The notes: generated from the sequence alone by a model not told the origin. A DNA stretch of 64,000 nucleotides from Clostridia bacterium (GCA_045604905.1 JAZUOX010000061.1:1987-65986), one strand, 5' to 3'. Shown: positions 8,101 to 17,244, numbered from the stretch's first letter. Numbers and translations: made by a program.

Positions 8101-10650
8101 TTAATTGTTTTCTGAAATTTCGCGGATTATATCCTCTATTTCCTTTTCAACAAATTCAATTTCCTTAACAAACGCAGATGCACTTATTCTCTGTGCACCG
8201 CTACCAAGAATTATCATTTGTTCAAGAGCATCACTTGTAGCAACCTGAACGTGGTATTTCTTTCCAAGCTCGTGTGCCGCTTTTTCAATATAAGCATCGG
8301 CAGTCTGCGCTTCTTTGGTATATACAACGGTAATATTATTTACTTTTTCCACTTCGCCGCGATTACCCTTTACCTTGTAAGCGTCAAAAACAAGTATCAA
8401 TTCCTGCGGTCGCATTGCCTTGTACGCACACATTTTATCAATGAGCATTTCTCTTGCATCTTCAAGGCTGTCTTTTGCAATCTCTTTCAGCTTATCCCAT
8501 GCAAAAATCACATTATACCCGTCAACAAGAAGATAACCCGGACCTATTTTCTGGGGAGTCGACCTAACCTTTGCTTTCGGGGCGTAATCCTTCGGGGTCT
8601 TCATTGCATTATGGTTTTTGCGGACAATTTTTCCGTAGGTACGCTCAAATATGCGCATCAGCTCTTCTTCGTCGTACACTTCTGTTGTTTTCTTTACATA
8701 GTGAACAGGAGTAATATCCTCCGCTTTCGGTGCAAGAATACTTTCAAGATGCATATACTCTGTCACTTGATGCCAGGGCACAGTAAAGCCTGCTCCCTGT
8801 TTACAGAAAACAGAATCGGCGGTATTGGAAATATCTCCGTCACAGTCATAACCAATACTTTCAATTATCTCATCAGCGTTTTCACATACATCATACCCCG
8901 ACAGCGCTAAGTTCAGCTTACCTTCGCCATGAGTATAGCTTGTAACGGTTCTCTGATATTCGGCAATATGTCTTACCGGGGCCTCGCCTGTAAGTATACT
9001 CATTTCTCCTGCCATTTCCGGAGGATTTATTTTTGCATTCATTTTTTCAAGGTCCATCATAGCTCTGCCGGTATTTTCCTGAGGCACTGCAAGCTCAAAA
9101 CTGTAAAACGGCTCAAGCAGGATACTCTCTGCGCATCTGAGTCCGTGGCGGACAGCTCTGTATGTTGCCTGACGAAAATCTCCGCCCTCGGTATGTTTTA
9201 TATGTGCTTTGCCCGATTTAAGCGTGATTTTCACATCAGTAACGGGACTACCCGTCAGTACACCCTTGTGATTCTTTTCTTTAAGGTGCGTGAGAATGAG
9301 TCTCTGCCAGTTCCGTGACAAATCATCCTCACGGCAATCGGTTTCGAACTGGAGCCCGCTTCCTCTTTTCAGAGGTTCTAAAAGAAGATGCACCTCTGAA
9401 TAATGGCGAAGCGGCTCATAGTGTCCTACCCCTTCTACTGGTGCAGCAATGGTTTCTTTATATACAATACTTCCCTGCTCAAAAGCTACATCAAGAGAAA
9501 ATCTCTCTTTCAGAATCCTCTGCATTATTTCAAGTTGCACATCACCCATAAGACTCAGATGTATTTCAGAAAGTATTTCGTTATATATTACATTAAGAGA
9601 ATTTTCCTCTTCTTCCAGCTTTTTAAGCTTTGCAAGTGCAATCCTTGTATCTGTTCCGTCAAGGATTGTTACTTTATAAGTAAACACACTTTCAAGAACC
9701 GCATCGGGGGCATCCTCTTCACATCCGATACCCATACCTGCATAGCTTTCACTTAGTCCGCATATGCAACACACGTCACCGGGGTAAACTGTCTGCACAT
9801 TTTTATATTTAGCACCTGAATAGATGCGGATTTCGCTGATTTTTTCTTCAATTTCTCCATAGGTGATTTTATCGCGGATGCTGAAAGTACCGCCTGTTAT
9901 TTTTGTATGGGTAAGGCGTACTCCCTTTTCGTCATCAGATATTTTAAACGCCTTTGCTGAGGGAGTTTTTCCGGCATTGAAGCTTTCTGTATATTTTGCA
10001 AAATTTTCGAGAAATACATCTATCCCATCACCTTTAAGAGCTGAACCGAAAAAGCATGGAAAAACCTTTCTTTCAAAAATCTTTCTGCGGATATCTTCAT
10101 CAGAGAGTGTTTCCGTTTCAAGGAATTTTTCCATCAATTCTTCGTCATTTACAGAAACTTCTTCCATAAAGTTTTCCGCAGAAAAATCAACACAGCCCTC
10201 GGAAAGTTCACTTTGAAGATTACCCATTACCGTACTTTTGCTTTTCTCGGAAATGTCCATTTTATTTACAAACACAAACACGGGAATCTGATGCTTTTTA
10301 AGGAGTTTCCACAGTGTTACGGTATGGCTCTGCACACCGTCAGTTCCACTTATTACAAGGATTGCGTAATCAAGGACCCATAGTACTCTTTCCGCCTCGG
10401 TAGAAAAGTCAACGTGACCGGGGGTATCAAGAAGTGTCACCTGTGCTTCGCCTAAGTTCATAACCGCCTGTTTAGAAAAGATGGTTATGCCTCTTTCCTT
10501 TTCCATTAAGTCAGTATCGAGGAATGCGTCCCGATGGTCAACTCTGCCCATTTTACGGATATCTCCGCTATGGAAAAGCATCGCTTCGGAAAGAGTTGTC
10601 TTCCCTGAGTCAACATGGGCAAGTATGCCCGTCACTATTCTTTTATCCAT
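8101..10650 (-). CDS. Fusion protein: Tet(M)/EF-G-like translational GTPase (about aa 1-640) plus a C-terminal Rae1/YacP-type NYN (PIN-like) ribonuclease domain (aa 705-849, nt 8104-8538)
   Basis: GTPase motifs AHVDSGKT, DTPGH and NKMD are present, and the Tet(M)-like N-terminus reads ILAHVDSGKTTL...ERGITI. The C-terminus GYLLVDGYNVIF...LVFDAYKVKG...TKEAQTADAYIE...VATSDALEQ aligns by eye with B. subtilis YacP/Rae1, including all four acidic residues. Confidence 0.9.
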   Translation of the reverse strand: MDKRIVTGILAHVDSGKTTLSEAMLFHSGDIRKMGRVDHRDAFLDTDLMEKERGITIFSKQAVMNLGEAQVTLLDTPGHVDFSTEAERVLWVLDYAILVISGTDGVQSHTVTLWKLLKKHQIPVFVFVNKMDISEKSKSTVMGNLQSELSEGCVDFSAENFMEEVSVNDEELMEKFLETETLSDEDIRRKIFERKVFPCFFGSALKGDGIDVFLENFAKYTESFNAGKTPSAKAFKISDDEKGVRLTHTKITGGTFSIRDKITYGEIEEKISEIRIYSGAKYKNVQTVYPGDVCCICGLSESYAGMGIGCEEDAPDAVLESVFTYKVTILDGTDTRIALAKLKKLEEEENSLNVIYNEILSEIHLSLMGDVQLEIMQRILKERFSLDVAFEQGSIVYKETIAAPVEGVGHYEPLRHYSEVHLLLEPLKRGSGLQFETDCREDDLSRNWQRLILTHLKEKNHKGVLTGSPVTDVKITLKSGKAHIKHTEGGDFRQATYRAVRHGLRCAESILLEPFYSFELAVPQENTGRAMMDLEKMNAKINPPEMAGEMSILTGEAPVRHIAEYQRTVTSYTHGEGKLNLALSGYDVCENADEIIESIGYDCDGDISNTADSVFCKQGAGFTVPWHQVTEYMHLESILAPKAEDITPVHYVKKTTEVYDEEELMRIFERTYGKIVRKNHNAMKTPKDYAPKAKVRSTPQKIGPGYLLVDGYNVIFAWDKLKEIAKDSLEDAREMLIDKMCAYKAMRPQELILVFDAYKVKGNRGEVEKVNNITVVYTKEAQTADAYIEKAAHELGKKYHVQVATSDALEQMIILGSGAQRISASAFVKEIEFVEKEIEDIIREISENN

Positions 10651-10753
10651 GACACACTACCTCCTTTTCAATCTTTTCAATATTATTTAATTTTATCATT
10701 TTATAGATTAAAGTCAAGCTAAACAATGCTTTTTGTTTCATTTTATTTTTATT

Positions 10754-10819
10754 TGACGAAAAGTTTTTTTGCATCCATTCACAGTTTGACAAAATAACCC
10801 CATGTTGAGTTGCTACAAT
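10754..10819 (+). promoter_or_regulatory. Candidate spoIIE promoter with a Spo0A-box-like site and a long spacer
   Basis: TGACGAA (10754-10760) fits the 0A-box pattern TGNCGAA. TTGACA (10786-10791) is followed by a 22-nt spacer and TACAAT (10814-10819). Confidence 0.45.
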
Positions 10820-10851
10820 CAATGTATGCTTTTTGAAAGGATGATTTACCA

Positions 10852-13182
10852 ATGAGCAAACTTTTACTTAAACCTTTGCGGAAGTTACGCGGTAAAAAAC
10901 GCAGTTTCCGGGCTACCGGCAAACAACAGTTGAAAAACGAAGACCTTATTAAGCTTTCTTTGAAATGTCTGTGCGCATTTTTGCTTTCAAGGACAAGCCT
11001 TGTGGGAGGATCTCACCCGCTGGGATTTTCGTTTTTTGCCGCGGTATTTACCGGAGGAGGAGGCTACAGATGTGCACTGTTTTCTGTACTGGGCCTTATG
11101 TTTTCAGGAGTCAGTTTTGTCTCAGTCGGCAAGTACATAATCTCAATAATACTGTTTTCTCTCATTATGGAAAGATTTCTTCCTGACAGGTACAAAAGCG
11201 GGAAAGCAGCAGCTCTGACAGCTGCATCAACCCTTCTTTTGTCAGGTGTTTTTCTGCTTTTTGCAAACTCTGCCCTTGGAGGATATCCGCTTATATATGA
11301 CTGCGTTGTATTGATTGTAGAAGTTGCCACCGTGTGGATATCAACCCTGGCATTTTCTAAATCTGTGCCCCTTGTATTTTCTCTCAGACTTCGCCACAGT
11401 CTTACTCCTGAGGAAACGGTTTCTGTTGCACTCCTTGCAGGCGGGGTCCTTTGCGGTTTCGGCGAGGCCGGAATTGAGGGAGTCCTTTCAATCAATGGAA
11501 TTCTTTGTGTCCTTGCTGTACTCATTTTTGCTGTCCGATTCGGAAGCCTTTATGGGTGCGGTGTCGGAATAATAATGGGAATTGTAAATTGTCTCAGCCA
11601 CGGAAGAATTGACGCCGGTGCTGCTTCTTTCGCTCTTTCCGGACTATGTGCAGGATATTTTGCACGTTACGGTAAAGTCCCTGCATGTATGTCCTTTATT
11701 ATTTCCAATGCACTTGTTACCATTTTTTCGAACGGTTCAACCGAAGTGCTGATAAACATATCAGATACTGTGATTGCTTCTGTGCTTCTTCAATTTTTAC
11801 CGAAAAGCTTTTTCAACACCCTCAGTCACTTTTACGGTTATGCTCCGCCTAAGGTTGAGCTTGCTGCTCAAAGATTATACTGCGCAGAAAAAACCATCAG
11901 CAGTATTGAGGATATCTCAAAAAAAATATCTGCGTTGCGAAAAAGCGAAGAGGCAAATACACTTATACTCTATAAGCGCACTGCGTATAAAGCCTGCGGA
12001 AATTGCGGGCTTCGGAAATACTGTTGGGGACGGGATATCAATTCCACCAAAGCTTCACTCGATGAGTTATGCAAAATTTTAAAGGACGGCGAAGAACCGT
12101 CACCTGAGCTTTCTCCGGAACACTGTCTTCGCAAAGAACAATTTACAGAGCATTTTAAAAGAATGTTTGAAGTTTATAAAAACGACTGCCTCTGGACTGA
12201 AAGATTGGGCGAATTTCAGTCAGCGGTATATTCCGGATACAATACTGTGTCTGCTATTTTCAGAAAAAGCGCAGATTCCCTACTCTCGGAGGGTGAATGT
12301 GATGTTGCCGCAGCAGATTCTGTAAAAATCAATCTCAGAAAAGACGGAATCCTTGCTGAAAATGTTTTTGTAAGCGGCACTAAAGAAGACACTTGCGTGC
12401 AGATAAAACTTGAGAGCTGCGGTGGTTTCGGAAGATGTGAAAACGCAGTTTGCAATGTACTTGAAAAAACCTTTAATATGCCATTTGTCAGAACAGGTCT
12501 GAGAAGCTGTGACAGCTGTATACACCGTTATGTGGTGAAGCCTTCGTTTTCTATAACAACAGCAGTTGCCGGTGCTGTAAAAGCAAACCGCAAAGTCAGT
12601 GGAGATTATGTTATCTATGCATTGCTTGACCGTCATAATTATGCAATTATTCTGTGTGACGGTATGGGAAGCGGAGAAATTGCCCGGGAGGAAAGTCGCA
12701 GTTCCGCAAAACTTCTTTTAAGATTGCTTGAAACCGGTATTAGTCCGCAGGATGCCATAAACTTTATAAATTCGATGTTACTGTGCTCTGTTACAGAAAC
12801 AGTAACTGCAATTGATTTATGCATCATTAGTCTCGACGACGGCTCTTCCTCAATTTATAAATGCGGGGGTGCCACAAGCTTTGCCAAATTAGGAAAAAGC
12901 GTCACCCATGTAGATTCCACAGGACTTCCGGCAGGCAGTTTTAACAAATGTGATACAGATATTTTTTCCGTTCCGTCTGAAAAAGGAAGTATGGTGATAC
13001 TCATTTCCGACGGTGTAATTGCATCAGAATCAGACTCTCCCCTATGGATAAAAGATGTGATTGAAAAATATGACGGAAGCGAGCCTGAAGCTGTGGCTCA
13101 GATGATACTTGAAAAAGCAAAATCATCCGGTTCTGCTACTGTGCATGATGACCTTACGGTGGTCGCCGCATATATCGGTTAA
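10852..13182 (+). CDS. spoIIE: Stage II sporulation protein E (PP2C-type phosphatase with a polytopic membrane domain)
   Basis: The 776-aa protein has about 10 hydrophobic segments in the N-terminal third and a C-terminal PP2C/SpoIIE domain (...ILCDGMGSGE...LISDGV...HDDLTVV). Confidence 0.9.
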   Translation: MSKLLLKPLRKLRGKKRSFRATGKQQLKNEDLIKLSLKCLCAFLLSRTSLVGGSHPLGFSFFAAVFTGGGGYRCALFSVLGLMFSGVSFVSVGKYIISIILFSLIMERFLPDRYKSGKAAALTAASTLLLSGVFLLFANSALGGYPLIYDCVVLIVEVATVWISTLAFSKSVPLVFSLRLRHSLTPEETVSVALLAGGVLCGFGEAGIEGVLSINGILCVLAVLIFAVRFGSLYGCGVGIIMGIVNCLSHGRIDAGAASFALSGLCAGYFARYGKVPACMSFIISNALVTIFSNGSTEVLINISDTVIASVLLQFLPKSFFNTLSHFYGYAPPKVELAAQRLYCAEKTISSIEDISKKISALRKSEEANTLILYKRTAYKACGNCGLRKYCWGRDINSTKASLDELCKILKDGEEPSPELSPEHCLRKEQFTEHFKRMFEVYKNDCLWTERLGEFQSAVYSGYNTVSAIFRKSADSLLSEGECDVAAADSVKINLRKDGILAENVFVSGTKEDTCVQIKLESCGGFGRCENAVCNVLEKTFNMPFVRTGLRSCDSCIHRYVVKPSFSITTAVAGAVKANRKVSGDYVIYALLDRHNYAIILCDGMGSGEIAREESRSSAKLLLRLLETGISPQDAINFINSMLLCSVTETVTAIDLCIISLDDGSSSIYKCGGATSFAKLGKSVTHVDSTGLPAGSFNKCDTDIFSVPSEKGSMVILISDGVIASESDSPLWIKDVIEKYDGSEPEAVAQMILEKAKSSGSATVHDDLTVVAAYIG

Positions 13183-13238
13183 ATAGAGGTTTAACATCGC
13201 GCAAAAATGTTAATAATTTCTAAAAAGGAGCTGATTTC

Positions 13239-13526
13239 ATGAAAAACAACACCAAAAAAATAGTCGTACTTGACAGACTTGATTCTTCTGAAATTGAGCA
13301 GGCTATTTTCATACTGCGCGATGAAAACTACATTAGCGAGTCTGATGCGGTAAGCGAAGCCGAAAGAATTGTTAAAAGCTATCTTGCATCATCCAACGCG
13401 ATATATAGCAGCAATGAAAAAAAGAAAAAATTCAAGCCTCAATTTTTCTTGGCTATGCTTGGATATACACTATTTACGGTTATGGCAACAATGTTCTTAT
13501 CCTCCATAATAAAATTCCCCTTATAA
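13239..13526 (+). CDS. Hypothetical small membrane-anchored protein
   Basis: This 95-aa ORF has the RBS AAAGGAG 8 nt upstream and a single C-terminal TM segment (FFLAMLGYTLFTVMATMFLSSII). I recognise no family. Confidence 0.55.
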   Translation: MKNNTKKIVVLDRLDSSEIEQAIFILRDENYISESDAVSEAERIVKSYLASSNAIYSSNEKKKKFKPQFFLAMLGYTLFTVMATMFLSSIIKFPL

Positions 13527-13563
13527 AAGAAGCACCGGACAAAATATGTCCGGTGCTTCTTTT
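13526..13563. terminator. Bidirectional intrinsic terminator
   Basis: AAAAGAAGCACCGGAC-aaaatat-GTCCGGTGCTTCTTTT lies between convergent genes. Confidence 0.8.
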
Positions 13564-13780
13564 AGTGAACTGGCTTATGTGATTCTTTCTGGGGAAGTTT
13601 TTCTTTAAATAAAAGTGTAATGCACCAAAGACCTGCAAGACCTACAACAGCGTATATTATTCTGCTCAGTATCGCTGTTTGTCCTCCGCATAAAAGTGCT
13701 ACAAGATCAACTCCAAAAAGACCTATTGAGCCCCAGTTGATTGCCCCGATTATCGCCAGTGTCAATGCTGTATTATCCAT
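13562..13780 (-). CDS. DUF378 domain-containing membrane protein
   Basis: The 72-aa protein contains ...IIGAINWGSIGLFGVDLVA..., characteristic of DUF378. Confidence 0.8.
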   Translation of the reverse strand: MDNTALTLAIIGAINWGSIGLFGVDLVALLCGGQTAILSRIIYAVVGLAGLWCITLLFKEKLPQKESHKPVH

Positions 13781-13869
13781 CTTTGCTCACTCCTTTTTAT
13801 AGTGTTCTACAAAAAGTATAATCACTTTTGCCTCTTTTTATACACAGTTTAAAATTTTCGAACAATTGT

Positions 13870-13898
13870 TTGCATTTTTTTGTTTTTTATGTTATACT
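13870..13898 (+). promoter_or_regulatory. Candidate sigma-A promoter with extended -10 for SLOG paralog 2
   Basis: TTGCAT (13870-13875), a 17-nt spacer, then TGtTATACT (TATACT at 13893-13898). The layout resembles the promoter of paralog 1; both are preceded by AACAATT. Confidence 0.5.
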
Positions 13899-13911
13899 GA
13901 AATAAAGGATC

Positions 13912-14433
13912 GTGAATTATATGTATTGTTGTTTTACCGGTCACCGACCGGAGAATCTTCCATGGAAATCAAACGAAAAAGATGCCCGGTGTCAAAAACT
14001 GAAAAGTGTTCTTTTTTCTTTAATTGAAGAAGCAATAAATGGCGGTTATACGGACTTTTACTGCGGAATGGCACGGGGTATTGATACTTATGCCGCAGAA
14101 GCAGTTATTGAGCTTTCGGCAAAATATCCTTCCGTAAAACTGCACGCGGTGCTTCCATGTCCTGACCAAAGTGAAAAATGGTCAGCAATCGACCGCGAAA
14201 GATATGAAAAACTTCTTGAAAAAACTTCTTCCCAAACACTTATAAGCCCTTTTTACACTAATACTTGTATGCTCACAAGAAACCGTTATATGGTAGATAA
14301 TTCAGAAAGACTTATAGCCGTGTGGAACGGAAACTTCCGCGGAGGCACCGCATACACGGCAAGATATGCAAAAGCTGAGAAAAAAGAGGTTTATCTGGTT
14401 CGCCCCTTAGATTCAACTTTCAAAATATTATAA
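13912..14433 (+). CDS. SLOG-family protein (DUF1273 / YpsA-like), paralog 2
   Basis: ...YCCFTGHRPENL...DFYCGMARGIDTYAAEAV...AVLPC... matches the DUF1273 pattern. The start may be the ATG at 13921 rather than the GTG at 13912. Confidence 0.8.
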   Translation: MNYMYCCFTGHRPENLPWKSNEKDARCQKLKSVLFSLIEEAINGGYTDFYCGMARGIDTYAAEAVIELSAKYPSVKLHAVLPCPDQSEKWSAIDRERYEKLLEKTSSQTLISPFYTNTCMLTRNRYMVDNSERLIAVWNGNFRGGTAYTARYAKAEKKEVYLVRPLDSTFKIL

Positions 14434-14436
14434 AAA

Positions 14437-14476
14437 GAGATGCAAAAAAAGCCCAGACCGCATTTTTCCTATCCCC
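14437..14476 (+). repeat. Ends-only mini copy of the structured repeat element (left end joined directly to right end)
   Basis: AGAGATGCAAAAAAAGCCCAGACCG matches the left end of copy A (GGGAATGTTAAAAATGCCCAGAACG) at 18 of 25 positions without gaps. CATTTTTCCTATCCCC matches the right end (CATTTTTTCCTATTCCC) at 15 of 16 positions with one T deleted. It starts 4 nt after the stop codon at 14431-14433. Confidence 0.5.
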
Positions 14477-14486
14477 AACAAAAGTG

Positions 14487-14518
14487 GGGTGTAAAGAAAT
14501 TCGATTTCTTTACACCCC
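14487..14518. terminator. Bidirectional intrinsic terminator (SLOG paralog 2 / hydF)
   Basis: GGGGTGTAAAGAAAT-tcg-ATTTCTTTACACCCC is flanked by AAAA and TTTT. Confidence 0.8.
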
Positions 14519-14523
14519 TTTTG

Positions 14524-15717
14524 TTATATACTTTTGTACAATTCCGGAAATACTTCTATACTTCTCTTTAAAATGCCGTTTATATGTGCAATAACAGTTC
14601 CGTAATTTGTAAAAGGTATGCCCTGCTTCTTTGCTTTTTCCCTGCGTGCATCCACTTCGTTTTCATTTATCATACATCCACCGCAATGAATAACAATTTT
14701 ATAGGCTGTCAAATCATCTGGAAAATCTTTTCCCGATACCGACTCAAACAGGATATTCTTTCCTGTTTGTTTTTTTATCCATCCGGGGATTTTAACAGTA
14801 CCGATATCATTACACTGTCTGTGGTGCGTGCACCCCTCTGCAATAAGAATTTTATCTCCATCACAAAGAGTATTTATTATGCCTGAAGCGTTTACTGCAT
14901 CTTCCAGAAATCCCTTGTTATACGCCATAAGGATTGAAAACGAAGTAAGTTTTATGTCAGACGGAACTATATCGTTTACTTTTTTGAACACCTGACTGTC
15001 GGTTATTACAACTGCAGGCTTTTTATTCAAATTTTTAATTGTTTCATCAAGTTCATCCGGTTGCACAACAATAGTTATTGCTCCTATGTCTAAAAGATTG
15101 CGTAGAACTTTCTGCTGAGGAAGAATTATTCTGCCCTTCGGAGCAGCCTCGTCAATAGGTGTCACAAGCACTGCAATATCTCCGCGTTTAACAAATGAGT
15201 CAACAAAGCCTTTTTCTTTTTTTTCCGGAGCTATGCGGGCAAGCATTTCTTTGAATTCAAAAATATTTTCACCACTTAACGCACTGACATAAATCCCGTT
15301 TTTTTCCACTACACCTCTGTTTTCAACAAGGTCAGATTTGTTATATGCTATTATATAAGGTATTTCTTTTTCCTCAAACAAAGACTTAAGTACACCGTCT
15401 GTAACAGTAAATCCGGTCTCCCCGTTTACTGTAAGCACTGCAATATGAATTTCGTCAAGGACTTTCTTTGTACGTTCTATTCTTTCCTGACCGAGTTCAC
15501 CTTTATCATCAAAACCGGGAGTATCTATAATAACAACCGGTCCTAGGGGTAAAAGCTCCATAGCTTTTCTGACAGGATCTGTTGTTGTACCTCTGACAGA
15601 CGACACAAGCGCTGTATCCTGCCCCGTCACCGCATTCACAAGACTCGATTTTCCTGCATTAACGGTACCGAAAAAGCCAATATGTGTTCTGTCAACCAAA
15701 AGAGCGTTGTTATTCAT
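14524..15717 (-). CDS. hydF: [FeFe]-hydrogenase H-cluster maturation GTPase HydF
   Basis: The GTPase P-loop reads GTVNAGKSSLVNA. The C-terminal cluster ligands are CTHH...HCGGC. Confidence 0.9.
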   Translation of the reverse strand: MNNNALLVDRTHIGFFGTVNAGKSSLVNAVTGQDTALVSSVRGTTTDPVRKAMELLPLGPVVIIDTPGFDDKGELGQERIERTKKVLDEIHIAVLTVNGETGFTVTDGVLKSLFEEKEIPYIIAYNKSDLVENRGVVEKNGIYVSALSGENIFEFKEMLARIAPEKKEKGFVDSFVKRGDIAVLVTPIDEAAPKGRIILPQQKVLRNLLDIGAITIVVQPDELDETIKNLNKKPAVVITDSQVFKKVNDIVPSDIKLTSFSILMAYNKGFLEDAVNASGIINTLCDGDKILIAEGCTHHRQCNDIGTVKIPGWIKKQTGKNILFESVSGKDFPDDLTAYKIVIHCGGCMINENEVDARREKAKKQGIPFTNYGTVIAHINGILKRSIEVFPELYKSI

Positions 15718-15735
15718 ACAAATTTTCCTCGTCTT

Positions 15736-16152
15736 TTAGAAATTGATATTCTTTCTGGGATTAACAATATCGCGCCAGTCGAGATCACCACGTTCAAGTC
15801 CGTGTATAAGCACTTCTGCAGTTGCAATATTCGTAGCCAACGGTATATTGTGCACGTCGCAAAGTCTGAAAAGAGCGTTTACATCAGGCTCTTGCGGTTG
15901 TGCAGTAAGCGGATCACGGAAAAAGAGCACAAGGTCAATCTCATCATATGCGATATGTGCCCCCAACTGTTGGTCTCCACCCTGCGGTCCCGAAAGAAGC
16001 CTGTGTACCGGCAGCCCCGTAGTTTCGTTAATAATGCCACCGGTGGTACCGGTAGCAATAAGATTATGCTTTGAAAGTATGCCCTTATATGCTATACAAA
16101 ACTGTACCATAAGTTCTTTCTTTTTATCATGTGCAATTAAAGCTATATTCAT
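15736..16152 (-). CDS. mgsA: Methylglyoxal synthase
   Basis: [13 protein letters not shown]...ATGTTG...GPQGGDQQ... is the canonical MgsA pattern. Confidence 0.95.
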   Translation of the reverse strand: MNIALIAHDKKKELMVQFCIAYKGILSKHNLIATGTTGGIINETTGLPVHRLLSGPQGGDQQLGAHIAYDEIDLVLFFRDPLTAQPQEPDVNALFRLCDVHNIPLATNIATAEVLIHGLERGDLDWRDIVNPRKNINF

Positions 16153-16402
16153 TATTTAACTCCTTACTCTGTCCGACAGTAGCATTCAGAATTATATTTT
16201 GCCCTTGCCCTGTCGAAACGTTTACGCTGAGACTTTCAGCATCTTTTGTATATCGTAAAAGCACTGAAAATACATCCTTGCGGATCTTTTCTAATGTTGT
16301 ATTATCAACGGTAGTTATTCTGTCGTTTTTTATTACAGACCTGAGTCTTTCTTTAGCTTTGGTTACGGAATTGGCTTTGCGCCACAAAAAAATCCCGATC
16401 AC
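16127..16402 (-). CDS. minE: Cell division topological specificity factor MinE
   Basis: The N-terminus ...[21 protein letters not shown] fits the MinE membrane-targeting / MinD-contact region. The GTG start overlaps the minD stop (GTGA). Confidence 0.85.
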   Translation of the reverse strand: MIGIFLWRKANSVTKAKERLRSVIKNDRITTVDNTTLEKIRKDVFSVLLRYTKDAESLSVNVSTGQGQNIILNATVGQSKELNNEYSFNCT

Positions 16403-17190
16403 CTATTAAACCTACCTTCCGGAAAGAGTCTTTGAAAAAAACTCTTTTTCATATTCATAAGTTCCACATTTTCTCCTCCGAGGCGCTTTGCAATATTTCT
16501 GTAAGCCTGCCCCGCCATAGATTTCTGAACTGATGAAACATATTCGCCTTTGTTTGCCGCAACAATTATTTCTTCATCATCCGGCACAACGCCCAAAAGG
16601 TCAATAGCAAGAATATCGAGCATATCATCAATACCAAGCATACTTCCGCTTCTCACCATTTTGGGTCTAAGCTTGTTTATAACAAGCTTTATATCTTTAA
16701 TGTCGTGCTTTTCAAGAAGTCCGATAATTCTGTCAGCATCCCTTACACTGGAAACCTCCGGCATTGCCACAACAATCGCTTTTTTTGCAGCAGCAACAGC
16801 GTTTTCAAACCCCTGCTCAATTCCTGCCGGGCAATCTATAAGTATGTAGTCAAAGCTATTCTCCATCTGCCTTACAATATGCTTCATCTGCGTAGTTGTA
16901 ACTGCACTCTTATCCCTTGACTGTGCCGCAGGTAGAAGAAAAAGTCCGTCAAATCTTTTATCACGCACGAGAGCTTTTGAATAAGGGCACTTATTTTCCG
17001 CTACATCTACAAGGTCATAAACAATTCTGTTTTCAACGCCCATAATAACATCAAGATTTCTGAGTCCGATGTCAGTGTCTATCATTGCAACCTTTTTGCC
17101 GAGCATTGCAAGCGCTGCACCTATATTTGCGGTTGTGGTAGTTTTTCCGACTCCACCTTTACCGCTTGTTATAACAATAATTTCACTCAT
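16399..17190 (-). CDS. minD: Septum site-determining ATPase MinD
   Basis: MSEIIVITSGKGGVGKTTTTANIG carries the deviant Walker A motif. The ATG at 17190 follows GGGGGTGGAAAAT. The ORF-track start at 17226 is probably too long. Confidence 0.95.
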   Translation of the reverse strand: MSEIIVITSGKGGVGKTTTTANIGAALAMLGKKVAMIDTDIGLRNLDVIMGVENRIVYDLVDVAENKCPYSKALVRDKRFDGLFLLPAAQSRDKSAVTTTQMKHIVRQMENSFDYILIDCPAGIEQGFENAVAAAKKAIVVAMPEVSSVRDADRIIGLLEKHDIKDIKLVINKLRPKMVRSGSMLGIDDMLDILAIDLLGVVPDDEEIIVAANKGEYVSSVQKSMAGQAYRNIAKRLGGENVELMNMKKSFFQRLFPEGRFNR

Positions 17191-17244
17191 ATTTTCCACC
17201 CCCGGGTATTTTATCACACCAATCACGGTATGTCCACAGACTTG

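Noticed and set aside
8218-8910. A 230-aa plus-strand ORF antisense to the GTPase-NYN gene.
   Set aside because: It is antisense to a strongly supported gene, has no RBS, and its composition is F/I/L/C-rich and does not look like a real protein.
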